Positions 36,474 to 45,409 of a DNA stretch of 64,000 nucleotides are shown here, in pieces (position 1 is the first letter of the stretch; every line of letters starts with the position of its first letter). The stretch covers positions 7,201-71,200 of the forward strand of contig JAUNHY010000003.1 of NCBI GenBank assembly GCA_030523715.1. The letters run 5' to 3'. The position numbers and the translations under genes are program-made. The DNA comes from Candidatus Saccharimonadota bacterium (lineage in GTDB: Bacteria; Patescibacteriota; Saccharimonadia; Saccharimonadales; Saccharimonadaceae). Under the pieces are notes generated by a model that saw only the letters and a list, made by a program, of their open reading frames with translations, did no database searches and was not told the DNA's origin.

Positions 36474-37010
36474 ATGGTGATTATCATGGCTAAGAAAACT
36501 CTTGAGGAGATGTTCTCCGAAACCAAGTACGTGAGCGCTGAGGTTGGCCGCAGGGTCAACGCGCACACGGACAAGAAGACCAGCGAGGTCCAGGAAACTG
36601 TGGCCCGTGCTGGCAAGCGTATCAACGATCACACGACCGCTGAGCACGCTGCGACGCGCAAGCACAGTGACGACAATCACGCCGCCACTCGTCAGCGCAG
36701 CGACGACAACCACGCCGAAACCAGGGAAGTGGTCCACTCCGAAGCGGCTGCTACCCGCAAGGCCCTTCGCGACTACATGGAGTGGCCGGAGATTATCTTC
36801 GGTCTCATCCTCGGCATCATCGCCGGCGTCGCTCTGTGGCTGATGGAAAAGGACGTCATCGTCAAGCCGACCGCTATGGATGCGGCTGGTAACGTGACGG
36901 CCTACGGCACCGATGTCTTCATGGTCGCCATCCTGGCTGCCGTGTTTGGCATCTTCGTCTTCTTCGTTGTGAGCTGGATCGTTCATGCGATCCGTGGCCG
37001 CAACCGCTAA
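36474..37010 (+). CDS. His/Thr-repeat protein with C-terminal TM helices (GC3-rich)
   Basis: Repeats of the type DHTTAEHAATRK / SDDNHAATRQR / SDDNHAETREV, then two TM. The start is ambiguous (ATG 36474, GTG 36477, ATG 36486). Lys is encoded almost only by AAG. Confidence 0.55.
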   Translation: MVIIMAKKTLEEMFSETKYVSAEVGRRVNAHTDKKTSEVQETVARAGKRINDHTTAEHAATRKHSDDNHAATRQRSDDNHAETREVVHSEAAATRKALRDYMEWPEIIFGLILGIIAGVALWLMEKDVIVKPTAMDAAGNVTAYGTDVFMVAILAAVFGIFVFFVVSWIVHAIRGRNR

Positions 37011-37046
37011 TCCCCGCCGTCAACAAGGAAAGGATGTGATGTATGT

Positions 37047-38228
37047 ATGACGAGCAAGCGCACTAAGGTGGGCGCACTGGTTTCCGCAGTGTTCCTTATC
37101 CTTGCGATTTGCATCTGCGTACCCTCTGTGAGAGGCCACATCATGCACCTTGCCTATGCGGTGGAGGGGCGTGTTGTGCGCTATTTCAACAACGAGGTAC
37201 AGAACGATGGAATCGCGAACAACAACTACAACTTCGGTTACGACCGCAAGGCCGCAGCCGACAAGGATGTAGCTGACGGAAAGGCCAACTCCGTTCAGGA
37301 GTGGGTCGCAACTAAAAACGGTGAAGGGGACTTCTTCTACTCCATCTCCGTGGACCCCGCGCTTTGCGCTGCGGTGGCTCTGCATATGGATGAGAGCCTG
37401 GAGCTTCCCGAAACCATCCTCGTGGATGAGCAGAATGAGGTTATCGGTCAGCGTGCCGACAAAGCCCATCTGCATTTCCTGGAAGATCAGAAGTACTGGG
37501 ATCGTGCTATCGAGCTGATCAAAAAGTATCTGACTTCTGGCGACATCCGCATCGAAGAACTCACTGACTATACCTCTCAGATGTATATGGCCAATAACCG
37601 TCTTGAAGGCAACAAGCCTTCGGTTATCGTGCGCAATACTCAGAACGAGGGCGGTCATGTGGTAGTCTTCGACCTCGGCAAACCCGGAATCGTGAAGTTC
37701 AGACTGGAATGCGGCTATCAGCCGGTTGACGTTCCTTACTGGACCCCTCCGACTCCTCCGGGACCTCCGGAACCTCCCGAGCCTCCGACTCCTACTCTCG
37801 AGCCCAAGGACCCCGACGCGGGACCTCAGCCTCAGGGACAGGGTCAGCCCGGATACGAGGACTTCGGTGGTGGCCAGAACCACGACAATGACGAAACTCT
37901 GACTGACGAGCCGCAGTCTCCGGACACTTACGTTCCGCCTGCTCCTCCGAAGAGTGACGACACTTCGACTGGCACTGGCAGCAAGCCGAGCGAGTCCAAG
38001 CCCGACGGTTCTACTGGAACCCACAGTGGTTCTCATACAGTAGACACCGATCACGGCACAACCGAAACTCATGGCGGTCAAGACTATACTGTTCAGGCAG
38101 GCGACGGTCAGAATCATTCTGACCTTAACCAGACGCAGGAGCAGCAGCACAGCCACGATACGGTTGAAACGCCCGTAAAAGACGACGGCGTGAACGAGGG
38201 TGACCTCGATCCCGACGACGTCGAATAA
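37047..38228 (+). CDS. Secreted/anchored protein with a Pro-rich disordered C-terminal half (GC3-rich)
   Basis: N-terminal signal anchor, a folded region of about 220 aa, then PPTPPGPPEPPEPPTPTLEPKDP and an acidic Ser/Thr/Gly-rich tail. Confidence 0.6.
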   Translation: MTSKRTKVGALVSAVFLILAICICVPSVRGHIMHLAYAVEGRVVRYFNNEVQNDGIANNNYNFGYDRKAAADKDVADGKANSVQEWVATKNGEGDFFYSISVDPALCAAVALHMDESLELPETILVDEQNEVIGQRADKAHLHFLEDQKYWDRAIELIKKYLTSGDIRIEELTDYTSQMYMANNRLEGNKPSVIVRNTQNEGGHVVVFDLGKPGIVKFRLECGYQPVDVPYWTPPTPPGPPEPPEPPTPTLEPKDPDAGPQPQGQGQPGYEDFGGGQNHDNDETLTDEPQSPDTYVPPAPPKSDDTSTGTGSKPSESKPDGSTGTHSGSHTVDTDHGTTETHGGQDYTVQAGDGQNHSDLNQTQEQQHSHDTVETPVKDDGVNEGDLDPDDVE

Positions 38229-38311
38229 CCACCTTCTTCCATTTGGGCTTTAAAACCCAAGCACCTTAAAGGAGAGCTGATTATCCGCCTCGGCGGTTAT
38301 GAAGTAATCTC

Positions 38312-38337
38312 GGGGAGGGACGCCTCGCGCCCCTCCC
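38312..38337 (+). terminator. GC-rich hairpin at the end of the GC3-rich block
   Basis: Stem ggggaggg/cccctccc with a 10-nt loop. The downstream T tract is weak. Confidence 0.45.
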
Positions 38338-38456
38338 AACTTCCTTGTTTTGTATTCGGTAATGATCTGATTTGAAGACGTTTTAACAATGCGGCTAGAG
38401 AGAGTTCAAACAAACATTCCTAGATTAATTATTTATTAGAAAGGAATATATTTATT

Positions 38457-40556
38457 ATGAATAAAATCGCTAAGACTAGCCTTGGCATCGCAGCCGTTGC
38501 TGCTCTTGCTGGTGCTGGTGCCTACATGGCCTTCGCTTGGGGTCCTTCTCGTGATACTTACACGATGCAGAAACCAGCTGACCACGTAGTCTTTAACTCT
38601 ATTACAGATAATAACAATGAAGTCGGTGATGAGCGTTACTTCGTAAGCGCTTCTGAGTACACCGGCAACGCTTCCAATAATTATTGGAGCGACAAAACTC
38701 AGGTTGAGAATGGTAAGGAATACGTTGTTCGTATGTATGTACACAACAACGCTGCTTCTAACCTTAATCTCACTGCCGAGAATGTACGTGCTTACGTCGT
38801 TCTCCCAACTGATACTGCTACTTCCATTACGGTAAGTGGTAAGATCTATTCTTCCAATGCTAATCCAACTACTGTTTGGGATGAAACTACTTTCACTTCT
38901 AAGAATGGTGAAAAATTCAACCTTGCTTACGTAGATGGTACTGCAAAATATTACAACACCAAGGATGGCAAACTCCGCACTTTCAACCTCAATGCTTCTA
39001 ACCTTTTGACCAGCAAGGGCGAATTGCTCGGTTATGATCAAATGGATGGTAAGATTCCTGGTTGTAGCCAATACTCTGGTTACGTAACCTTCCATGTTAA
39101 AGCTCAATTTGCTGAAAAACCAGCTATTGAAGTTTCCAAGGAAGTTAAAATTCTTGGCTCTGACACCTGGAGCGAAGAAGTAAAAGCAAAATCTGGTGAA
39201 ACCGTTCGTTATCGTATTCACGTAAAGAACTCTGGTAACACTACTTTGCAAAATGTTGTCGTTCGCGACATTCTCCCTACTGGCTTAACTTATGTTGCTG
39301 GTAGTACTACTATCGTTAACACTGCTCATCCAAAGGGCGTTGCTCTCAGTGATGGCATTGTTACCGATAAAGGCATCAACCTCGGTGATTATGCCGCTGG
39401 TGCTGGTGCTTGGTTGTATTTCAACGCTACTGTCGATAAGGCTGTTAGCGAAAAGTGCAACAACACTCTTCTCCGTAACGTAATCCAAGCTTCCGCTGGT
39501 ACCACTACTGGTACTAAGGAAGATACTGCCGACGTCCTCGTCGACGGTAAGGTTTGTGTTGATGGCTTCACCATCGATAAGATGGTTAAGCTCCCAAGCG
39601 AATCCGAATGGCATGAGACCATTACCGCTAAGGGTGGTTCTACTGTCGATTATCGCATCCGCTTCACCAACACTGGCAACACGACCCTTAATAATGTCGT
39701 TATCGTCGATACCCTTCCAGAGAACATGAGCTACATCAAGAATAGTAGCAAGCTCGATGGTAAGGCTGTTGCTGATGGCGTCGAGTCCAAGAGTGGTCTC
39801 AATATTGGTAGCGTTGCTGCTGGTAAGACTGCTACTTTGACCTTCCAGGTCCGTGTCAGCGACTTACTCTCTGATAAGTGTGAAGATTCTACCCTTACTA
39901 ATACTGCTAAGGGTAAATACAACAACGATGACAAGACTGCAAAGTCTGACACTGCTGTTGTTAAGGTAAATGGTAAAATTTGTGAACCAGAACAACCTGG
40001 TTTCAAGATCGATAAAATGGTCCAACTTGATGGTGGTAAAGAATGGTCCGAAACCGTCAATGCTAAGGCCGGCGACAAAGTTCGCTATCGCATTCAATTC
40101 AAGAACACTGGTAACACCACTCTCAAGAATGTTGTTATCCGTGATAACCTCCCTGCTGGTATGACCTATGTAAGTGGCAGTACTGTCCTTTACAACAAGG
40201 CCAACACCAACGGTAAAACTCTCTCTGATGGCATCGTATCCAAGAGTGGCATCAATATTGGTAGCTACGACAAGGGTACGGAAGCTACTATCTACTTCTA
40301 CGCTACCGTCAACGAATCCCTCAAGGATAACTGTGAAGATTCTACTCTCACGAACGTTGCTGATAGCTGGTACAACGGCGATATCGCTACTAAGAAATCC
40401 GATACTGCTGATACCAAGGTAGCTGGTAAGACTTGTGAAGAACCAGTAACTCCAGAACTTCCAAAGACTGGTGCTGCTTCTATGATCAGTGGCATTATTG
40501 GCGCTGCTAGCGTCGCAACCGCTGCTGGTTACTACATCATTAGCCGCAAAAAATAA
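38457..40556 (+). CDS. LPKTG-anchored surface protein with three DUF11-like repeat domains
   Basis: Signal peptide, N-terminal WGPSRDTYT...FNSITDNNNEVGDERYF domain, three V.YRI.(F/V)(K/T)N(T/S)GNTTL.NVV..D.LP repeats, then LPKTG, a hydrophobic stretch and RKK. Confidence 0.85.
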   Translation: MNKIAKTSLGIAAVAALAGAGAYMAFAWGPSRDTYTMQKPADHVVFNSITDNNNEVGDERYFVSASEYTGNASNNYWSDKTQVENGKEYVVRMYVHNNAASNLNLTAENVRAYVVLPTDTATSITVSGKIYSSNANPTTVWDETTFTSKNGEKFNLAYVDGTAKYYNTKDGKLRTFNLNASNLLTSKGELLGYDQMDGKIPGCSQYSGYVTFHVKAQFAEKPAIEVSKEVKILGSDTWSEEVKAKSGETVRYRIHVKNSGNTTLQNVVVRDILPTGLTYVAGSTTIVNTAHPKGVALSDGIVTDKGINLGDYAAGAGAWLYFNATVDKAVSEKCNNTLLRNVIQASAGTTTGTKEDTADVLVDGKVCVDGFTIDKMVKLPSESEWHETITAKGGSTVDYRIRFTNTGNTTLNNVVIVDTLPENMSYIKNSSKLDGKAVADGVESKSGLNIGSVAAGKTATLTFQVRVSDLLSDKCEDSTLTNTAKGKYNNDDKTAKSDTAVVKVNGKICEPEQPGFKIDKMVQLDGGKEWSETVNAKAGDKVRYRIQFKNTGNTTLKNVVIRDNLPAGMTYVSGSTVLYNKANTNGKTLSDGIVSKSGINIGSYDKGTEATIYFYATVNESLKDNCEDSTLTNVADSWYNGDIATKKSDTADTKVAGKTCEEPVTPELPKTGAASMISGIIGAASVATAAGYYIISRKK
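39119..40436 (+). repeat. Three tandem coding repeats of about 145 aa
   Basis: Units of about 39119-39556, 39557-39983 and 39984-40436. Each ends in GK(V/I/T)C and has an internal (K/N)C(N/E)(N/D) cysteine. Confidence 0.8.
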
Positions 40557-40610
40557 GTTGACCGCCTAGTATAGAGCTTCCCAAAGCTTTAAGCAAGACG
40601 GGAAACACAT

Positions 40611-40647
40611 AAAAAATGACGATCCTACGGGGTCGTCATTTTTTTGT
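40611..40647 (+). terminator. Rho-independent terminator
   Basis: Stem atgacgatcc/ggggtcgtcat followed by a T7 run. Confidence 0.8.
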
Positions 40648-40669
40648 TTGTATATATTTAAATTGTTTA

Positions 40670-40678
40670 TGCTAAAAT
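40670..40678 (+). promoter_or_regulatory. Extended -10 (TGCTAAAAT), 7 nt upstream of ATG 40686
   Basis: TGnTAAAAT. No SD. Confidence 0.5.
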
Positions 40679-40685
40679 ATAAAGT

Positions 40686-41792
40686 ATGAACGAGGGTGAT
40701 AATTTTGGTACGGCGAGTGGCGGCGCCAACCAACCACAATTTAGCAATTCTTTTGACCGCCCAGCAGGAGCAATAACTAGTTCTCCGGAAGGAGGCGTGC
40801 CAACCGTATCAACCGGCGGTGCGTCCAACTCTAGTAAATTCTTTGGCGGAAGATCAAAATACTCCAGCCGCTCATCTAGTGGCTCGCAAGCGAATTTTGC
40901 TGCCGCCCAACAAATTGCATCCAATCCAAACACCCCTCAATTCTTTAGCGAAGCGGTAATCGCCAACAATCCCGCTCCAGTTGAAACAGAAAGAAAACCA
41001 AAAAAAGGTCTTATCTTTGCCGTCGTCGGCGCAGTTGCCCTCATCTTAGTCGTTGTATTAGTAGTTGCCTTATTGCCGAAGAGTGGTGGTACGGGCGACA
41101 CGCCTGAGGAACGCCTTGCCAACCTGGGCAAGCTAATAGACGACTATCGTGACAATGTTAAATACTATGAGTCCATACACAAAATGGCGCGTGAGTATGG
41201 CTTTGGTTTTAATCCATCGGGTATTAAGGACGAAGAGGCGTATAAAGAAAATAAGAGCGCGCTAGATAATAATCTTTCGAGAATTAAAGATTTTCGTTCT
41301 GAACTAGATAAATACAACAATGTTTCCGTAAAAGATATCAATACTGACGATCAGGTGGCAGTTGACGATTATATAGCAAGCCTTAAAAAGAGCCTCGATG
41401 GTAGAATCAATGCTTATGAGAGTTATTCAAAATTACTGAATGGCCTCACGCATGCATACGCAACCAAAGGTAGTGAAGACGCAATAAAAGAAATAAAAGA
41501 AGCATTGCCTAATGATAATTCGAAGGCAGCCGGTGAGTTAGTAGACCGATATTATGACAGTTTGAAAAATTATCAGAGTATCGGTATGAAAAATAATTGC
41601 AACGAAAAGCCGAACACTTCAGTATGTGTTAATAATTTAGCGAATATCGGAGCGCTGAATACTAATGTGGAAAATGATTCTTCGATTTCTAGCGCGTTCT
41701 TTTCTATTGCCTCGGGGATTTCAGGTGATTCGGATGATCCATTAGTAATAATGAATAAGATATCGAATGTAGAAGAAACGGAGCAAAAATAA
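40686..41792 (+). CDS. Bitopic membrane protein (disordered N-terminus, one TM, helical C-terminal domain)
   Basis: 368 aa. TM is IFAVVGAVALILVVVLVVALL. The next gene starts 2 nt after its stop. Confidence 0.55.
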   Translation: MNEGDNFGTASGGANQPQFSNSFDRPAGAITSSPEGGVPTVSTGGASNSSKFFGGRSKYSSRSSSGSQANFAAAQQIASNPNTPQFFSEAVIANNPAPVETERKPKKGLIFAVVGAVALILVVVLVVALLPKSGGTGDTPEERLANLGKLIDDYRDNVKYYESIHKMAREYGFGFNPSGIKDEEAYKENKSALDNNLSRIKDFRSELDKYNNVSVKDINTDDQVAVDDYIASLKKSLDGRINAYESYSKLLNGLTHAYATKGSEDAIKEIKEALPNDNSKAAGELVDRYYDSLKNYQSIGMKNNCNEKPNTSVCVNNLANIGALNTNVENDSSISSAFFSIASGISGDSDDPLVIMNKISNVEETEQK

Positions 41793-41793
41793 T

Positions 41794-44700
41794 ATGAGAA
41801 AGAAGATATTCAGCTTATCAGCTACAGTCGCTATCATAGCATCATTAATATTAAGCATACCGGTACAAGCAGCTACGCTCGTGGTCGCGAAACAAGACGA
41901 TATATACGGGTACTTACAAGAAGCTGCTAAAATAAACGTTTTAACTAATAATGTCAAAAAATGTCTAAAGGCTGGATCGACGTATAATTACGTTAATTAC
42001 GACAGCTCCGCCTTGTCTGGTTCTAACGCTAGCGCAGGTAAAATTTTCTATAAACCAGGCGGCACCGGTATCACAAATACGGACCACAGTACATCGCTTT
42101 GGCTGGAAGATGCTGTCCAGGGTAATGGTGGCGATGATGGCGCTATTTGGTGCTGGCAAGGGCAAAGTGACAATAAGGGCCTATTCCAATTGTGGCTGAA
42201 AGCGACTGGTCTATCTGCGGCTCAAGCTTTATGTAAAGAGGGCTACGGCAGAATTATTCAGCGCGCAAAATACGAATACTCATATGATTATGGATATTAT
42301 ACTTATGCCGACGATGTAAACTGTAGCTCGTTTAATGATAGTGGCGCATATTATATTCTTAAATCTAACTGGGAAGACGGCTTCAAAGAGGCGTACAACC
42401 TGTTTAGAAGTAATTCTCAAAACAAATATCTCCCAACTTACGACCAAATCGGTAATTACAATAACGTAGATGGTTATTTCAACTATATTCTAGACTTTAA
42501 CCTGAAATGTAGCGCCGATGTCTATGATTCTCAGCCGTCTGGTACCACTGTCTATCCAATCACGACCTTTGATCGTTCAACCAATAAGATAGTTGCTAAA
42601 ACTAAATACATACACGTATCAAATAATAAGAGCTGGGATTATTCATTAGGTTCAAACACTGCAAACTCCTGTACCAGCCTTTTGACGCGCATTGAGGAGC
42701 TGCGTACCCAAAATAACGGCATAGGCGATGATCGTGTCAACGGTTATGAGGGTATTATCCTCGCCAAGTTGCAAGACGAGTGCAATAATCTAAAATCGAC
42801 TGAAACTGGCGAAAACGCTTGGGAAGAGCTCAAGAAGAAACTCAATGAAATCTTGGCTAGTGATACCGCATCACAAGAGCAAAAAGATAAAGCCCAGGAC
42901 AGTTTAAATAAAATTAATGCTGCCAATGGTAACTATATGGTATCATCTGGCTCCGAGACTGATGCCGGGGGCAAGGTTTACGAATGTCTTAACATAGATG
43001 AACTGAAAGTCGACTTCGACGAATATAAACCACCGATTGATGAAATTACCGATCCACCTAGTGGAACCACGGAAGCATCCTGTTATGATAATGCACAATC
43101 GCTTGGTTGGATTCTATGTCCTATCATTGACCAGTTAGCCGATGCTATCCAAGGTATTTATGAAAAATATATTACACCTTTCTTGGTATTGGATTCAGAA
43201 TTGTTTGATAATACGGGCGGAAAAGTATCCGGTACTTATGAAGCCTGGAAGCAGTTCCGCGATATGGGTAACCTCGCGTTCATCATTCTATTTATAATTG
43301 TCATATTCTCGCAGTTGACTGGTGTCGGTATAGACAACTACGGCATTAAGAAGGCGTTACCGAAGCTCATTATTGGCGCAATCTTAATTAATATGTCTTA
43401 TATTATCTGCCAGCTCTGTATTGATGTTGCTAATATCGTTGGCTATAGTATTGGCGGCTTGTTCGAAAACATTGCAAAAATAGATACAAGCGGTTTATCA
43501 TTGGCGGAAACTGGCGGGCAAGGTCATACGCTTGGCGCAGTGGTAATTCTCGGTGCGTTAGTCGTACTTCTTGCTGCAGGTGCATATTTAGCTATCGGTC
43601 CAACAGTGTTAATCCCGGTATTTATGGCTTTGGTCTCGGTCTTTATCGCTATCTTGTTCTGCTTTATCCTTCTAGCAGTACGCAAGGCATTTGCGGTGCT
43701 TCTAGTTGCCGTATCGCCTCTAGCGTTTGCGTGTTATATGCTCCCAAATACAAAACCGATATACGATAAGTGGTTTAATGCGTTTAAGGGTGTACTCTTA
43801 GCATTCCCAATCTGTAGCGCCATGATTTATGGCGGTCAGATGGTAGCGCGCATTATTGTAGCGGCTTCCGGCGGCTCCAATATGCCTTCCACTATCGCTC
43901 TCTCGGCGGCAGTCATCAGTATTGTCCCAATCTTCATGATTCCAAAAGCAATTTCTGGCTCCATGGCGGCCATCTCTGGCGGTATCGTTGGCCTCCAGAA
44001 CAGGCTTACCGGCCGCGCAAGGGGTGGAATTGCAAGAAGCGGTTTCGCTCAAGATATGCAGCGTCGTACCATGATGCAAAAATCTGGCTTCAAATACGAT
44101 AAGGATGGTAATGTAATCGGTCAATCTGTTAGGGGTAAGATTCAAGATAAAATGGCCTTGACTAAAGGCTCTCAGCGACGCCTTGCTATGCGCCGCGCTG
44201 GCGCTGCTCGTGCGGCCACAATGGAAGGTGATGTAACTCAGAGATGGGGCGGCGCTAAGGGCGCGGAACAAGCCGCTCTAATGGGTCAAGCGGCCGCCGC
44301 TCAACGCGATGCTCAAGAAGTTAGCGACATTGAGTCTACGATTAGTAGAAGTGGCGAAATAGACGATAATGCGGCTCTACAAAATGGGTTAAGAGACGCC
44401 ATGGTTTCCGGCGATACTAAGCGCATGATGGCATATCAAAACATTCTTTATGGAAAAGGCGAAGATGGTCGCGACACTGCGCGCAAAGCTGTTGAGGAGG
44501 CTCAGGCTACCGGTAAGGTATCGAGCGATACGATTAAGGCTTATGGTTCGAACGCTATGAACAAATGGGCAAGAGATCTTAAAGCAAATGCAAGGTCCGA
44601 CTTTGAATTCGTTAAACAGGCGGCCGCGACAGGATCTGGCGCTGGAGACATTGGTGGCTACAGGGCAATCGATAAAGCTCAGAAATACACCGCCGAAAAT

Positions 44701-45360
44701 ATGGCTACAATGGACGATTCTCAAATTAAGAGCATGATTGCATCCATGGGCGATGCTAGCGTTTCTCAAGAACAGAAAGATCATGCTGCACGTGCCGCTT
44801 ATGAAGCTCTACATAATGACAACATCAGCCTTAAGGGCGAGAGACGAACGGACCTCGAGAAGCTCGCAGCTGGTTATACTCCGTCAGCAGATGCTTCTGC
44901 GGGTGGCGGCGAAGAGGGTGGCGGCACTCCAGCCCCAGCACCGGCTCCGGAAGCTGGCGGCGGTCCAATTTCTCCGGCCATGCTAACAGATGATGATATT
45001 GCGTATCATAACAAGCTTAAAGAGATGGCTGGACGTGACGGTGGCAGCCCGGACGAGTTGCATATCGACCATAGCACTCCTCCTGCTGGTGGTGGCGCAA
45101 GCGGTGGCAGTGCACCAAAGCCAAGTACCCCATCTCCAACTGGCACAAACTCCGGTACTGGTAAACCACGTGCCAAAGAGGGCAACAAGTTCGATTATTA
45201 CCCACGCCAAAAGGGCGAATCCAGCGCGGCTTATGGTCAACGCTTGAATCGTCAAAAACTGATTGAGCAAAAGTATCAATCCGATCCGCCAAAAGCTGGC
45301 GAGAGTCACGCCGATTGGATGAAACGCGTAGGCATTCCTCCATCGGGAACAGGCGCATAA
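41794..45360 (+). CDS. 1188-aa polytopic membrane protein; central TM bundle resembles TrbL/VirB6
   Basis: Signal peptide, an extracytoplasmic domain of about 480 aa with several Cys, then about 6-7 TM (FIILFIIVIFSQLTGVGIDNYGIKKALPKLIIGAILINMSYIICQL...), then a disordered tail of about 400 aa rich in Ala/Gly/Pro. Confidence 0.6.
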   Translation: MRKKIFSLSATVAIIASLILSIPVQAATLVVAKQDDIYGYLQEAAKINVLTNNVKKCLKAGSTYNYVNYDSSALSGSNASAGKIFYKPGGTGITNTDHSTSLWLEDAVQGNGGDDGAIWCWQGQSDNKGLFQLWLKATGLSAAQALCKEGYGRIIQRAKYEYSYDYGYYTYADDVNCSSFNDSGAYYILKSNWEDGFKEAYNLFRSNSQNKYLPTYDQIGNYNNVDGYFNYILDFNLKCSADVYDSQPSGTTVYPITTFDRSTNKIVAKTKYIHVSNNKSWDYSLGSNTANSCTSLLTRIEELRTQNNGIGDDRVNGYEGIILAKLQDECNNLKSTETGENAWEELKKKLNEILASDTASQEQKDKAQDSLNKINAANGNYMVSSGSETDAGGKVYECLNIDELKVDFDEYKPPIDEITDPPSGTTEASCYDNAQSLGWILCPIIDQLADAIQGIYEKYITPFLVLDSELFDNTGGKVSGTYEAWKQFRDMGNLAFIILFIIVIFSQLTGVGIDNYGIKKALPKLIIGAILINMSYIICQLCIDVANIVGYSIGGLFENIAKIDTSGLSLAETGGQGHTLGAVVILGALVVLLAAGAYLAIGPTVLIPVFMALVSVFIAILFCFILLAVRKAFAVLLVAVSPLAFACYMLPNTKPIYDKWFNAFKGVLLAFPICSAMIYGGQMVARIIVAASGGSNMPSTIALSAAVISIVPIFMIPKAISGSMAAISGGIVGLQNRLTGRARGGIARSGFAQDMQRRTMMQKSGFKYDKDGNVIGQSVRGKIQDKMALTKGSQRRLAMRRAGAARAATMEGDVTQRWGGAKGAEQAALMGQAAAAQRDAQEVSDIESTISRSGEIDDNAALQNGLRDAMVSGDTKRMMAYQNILYGKGEDGRDTARKAVEEAQATGKVSSDTIKAYGSNAMNKWARDLKANARSDFEFVKQAAATGSGAGDIGGYRAIDKAQKYTAENMATMDDSQIKSMIASMGDASVSQEQKDHAARAAYEALHNDNISLKGERRTDLEKLAAGYTPSADASAGGGEEGGGTPAPAPAPEAGGGPISPAMLTDDDIAYHNKLKEMAGRDGGSPDELHIDHSTPPAGGGASGGSAPKPSTPSPTGTNSGTGKPRAKEGNKFDYYPRQKGESSAAYGQRLNRQKLIEQKYQSDPPKAGESHADWMKRVGIPPSGTGA

Positions 45361-45364
45361 AAAC

Positions 45365-45396
45365 AAAAAATCTCCGGAGCAATCCGGAGATTTTTA
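45365..45396. terminator. Bidirectional rho-independent terminator
   Basis: Stem tctccgga/tccggaga flanked by an A-run and a T-run, between convergent genes. Confidence 0.8.
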
Positions 45397-45409
45397 GATG
45401 ACAAGATAA

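Noticed and set aside
36441-36986. 181-aa minus-strand ORF, and the 36297 upstream extension of the plus-strand ORF.
   Set aside because: The minus ORF is a shadow of the His/Thr-repeat gene. The 36297 extension would translate through the structured leader (…RRLVAKAIPVIYRLRRYKRSAS…) and has no initiation signals.
37020-38156. 378-aa minus-strand ORF, the longest alternative reading in the GC-rich block.
   Set aside because: It is antisense to a plus-strand gene that has a signal anchor and a sensible domain layout. The minus product is dominated by Arg/Leu/Val/Ser runs (RRSRRSRR), typical of shadow ORFs in GC-rich DNA, and it has no SD or promoter.
38436-39251. 271-aa minus-strand ORF overlapping the start of the LPKTG protein gene.
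   Set aside because: It is antisense to a gene with clear signal peptide, repeats and sorting signal. The product has no features and its end runs into the A/T-rich promoter region.
26414-45360. Calling a complete type IV secretion system from the VirB2-like and VirB6-like proteins.
   Set aside because: There is no VirB4/VirD4/VirB11-type ATPase, relaxase or coupling protein anywhere in the 64 kb. The two candidates are 15 kb apart and separated by housekeeping genes (prfA, prmC). They are reported only as individual weak resemblances.
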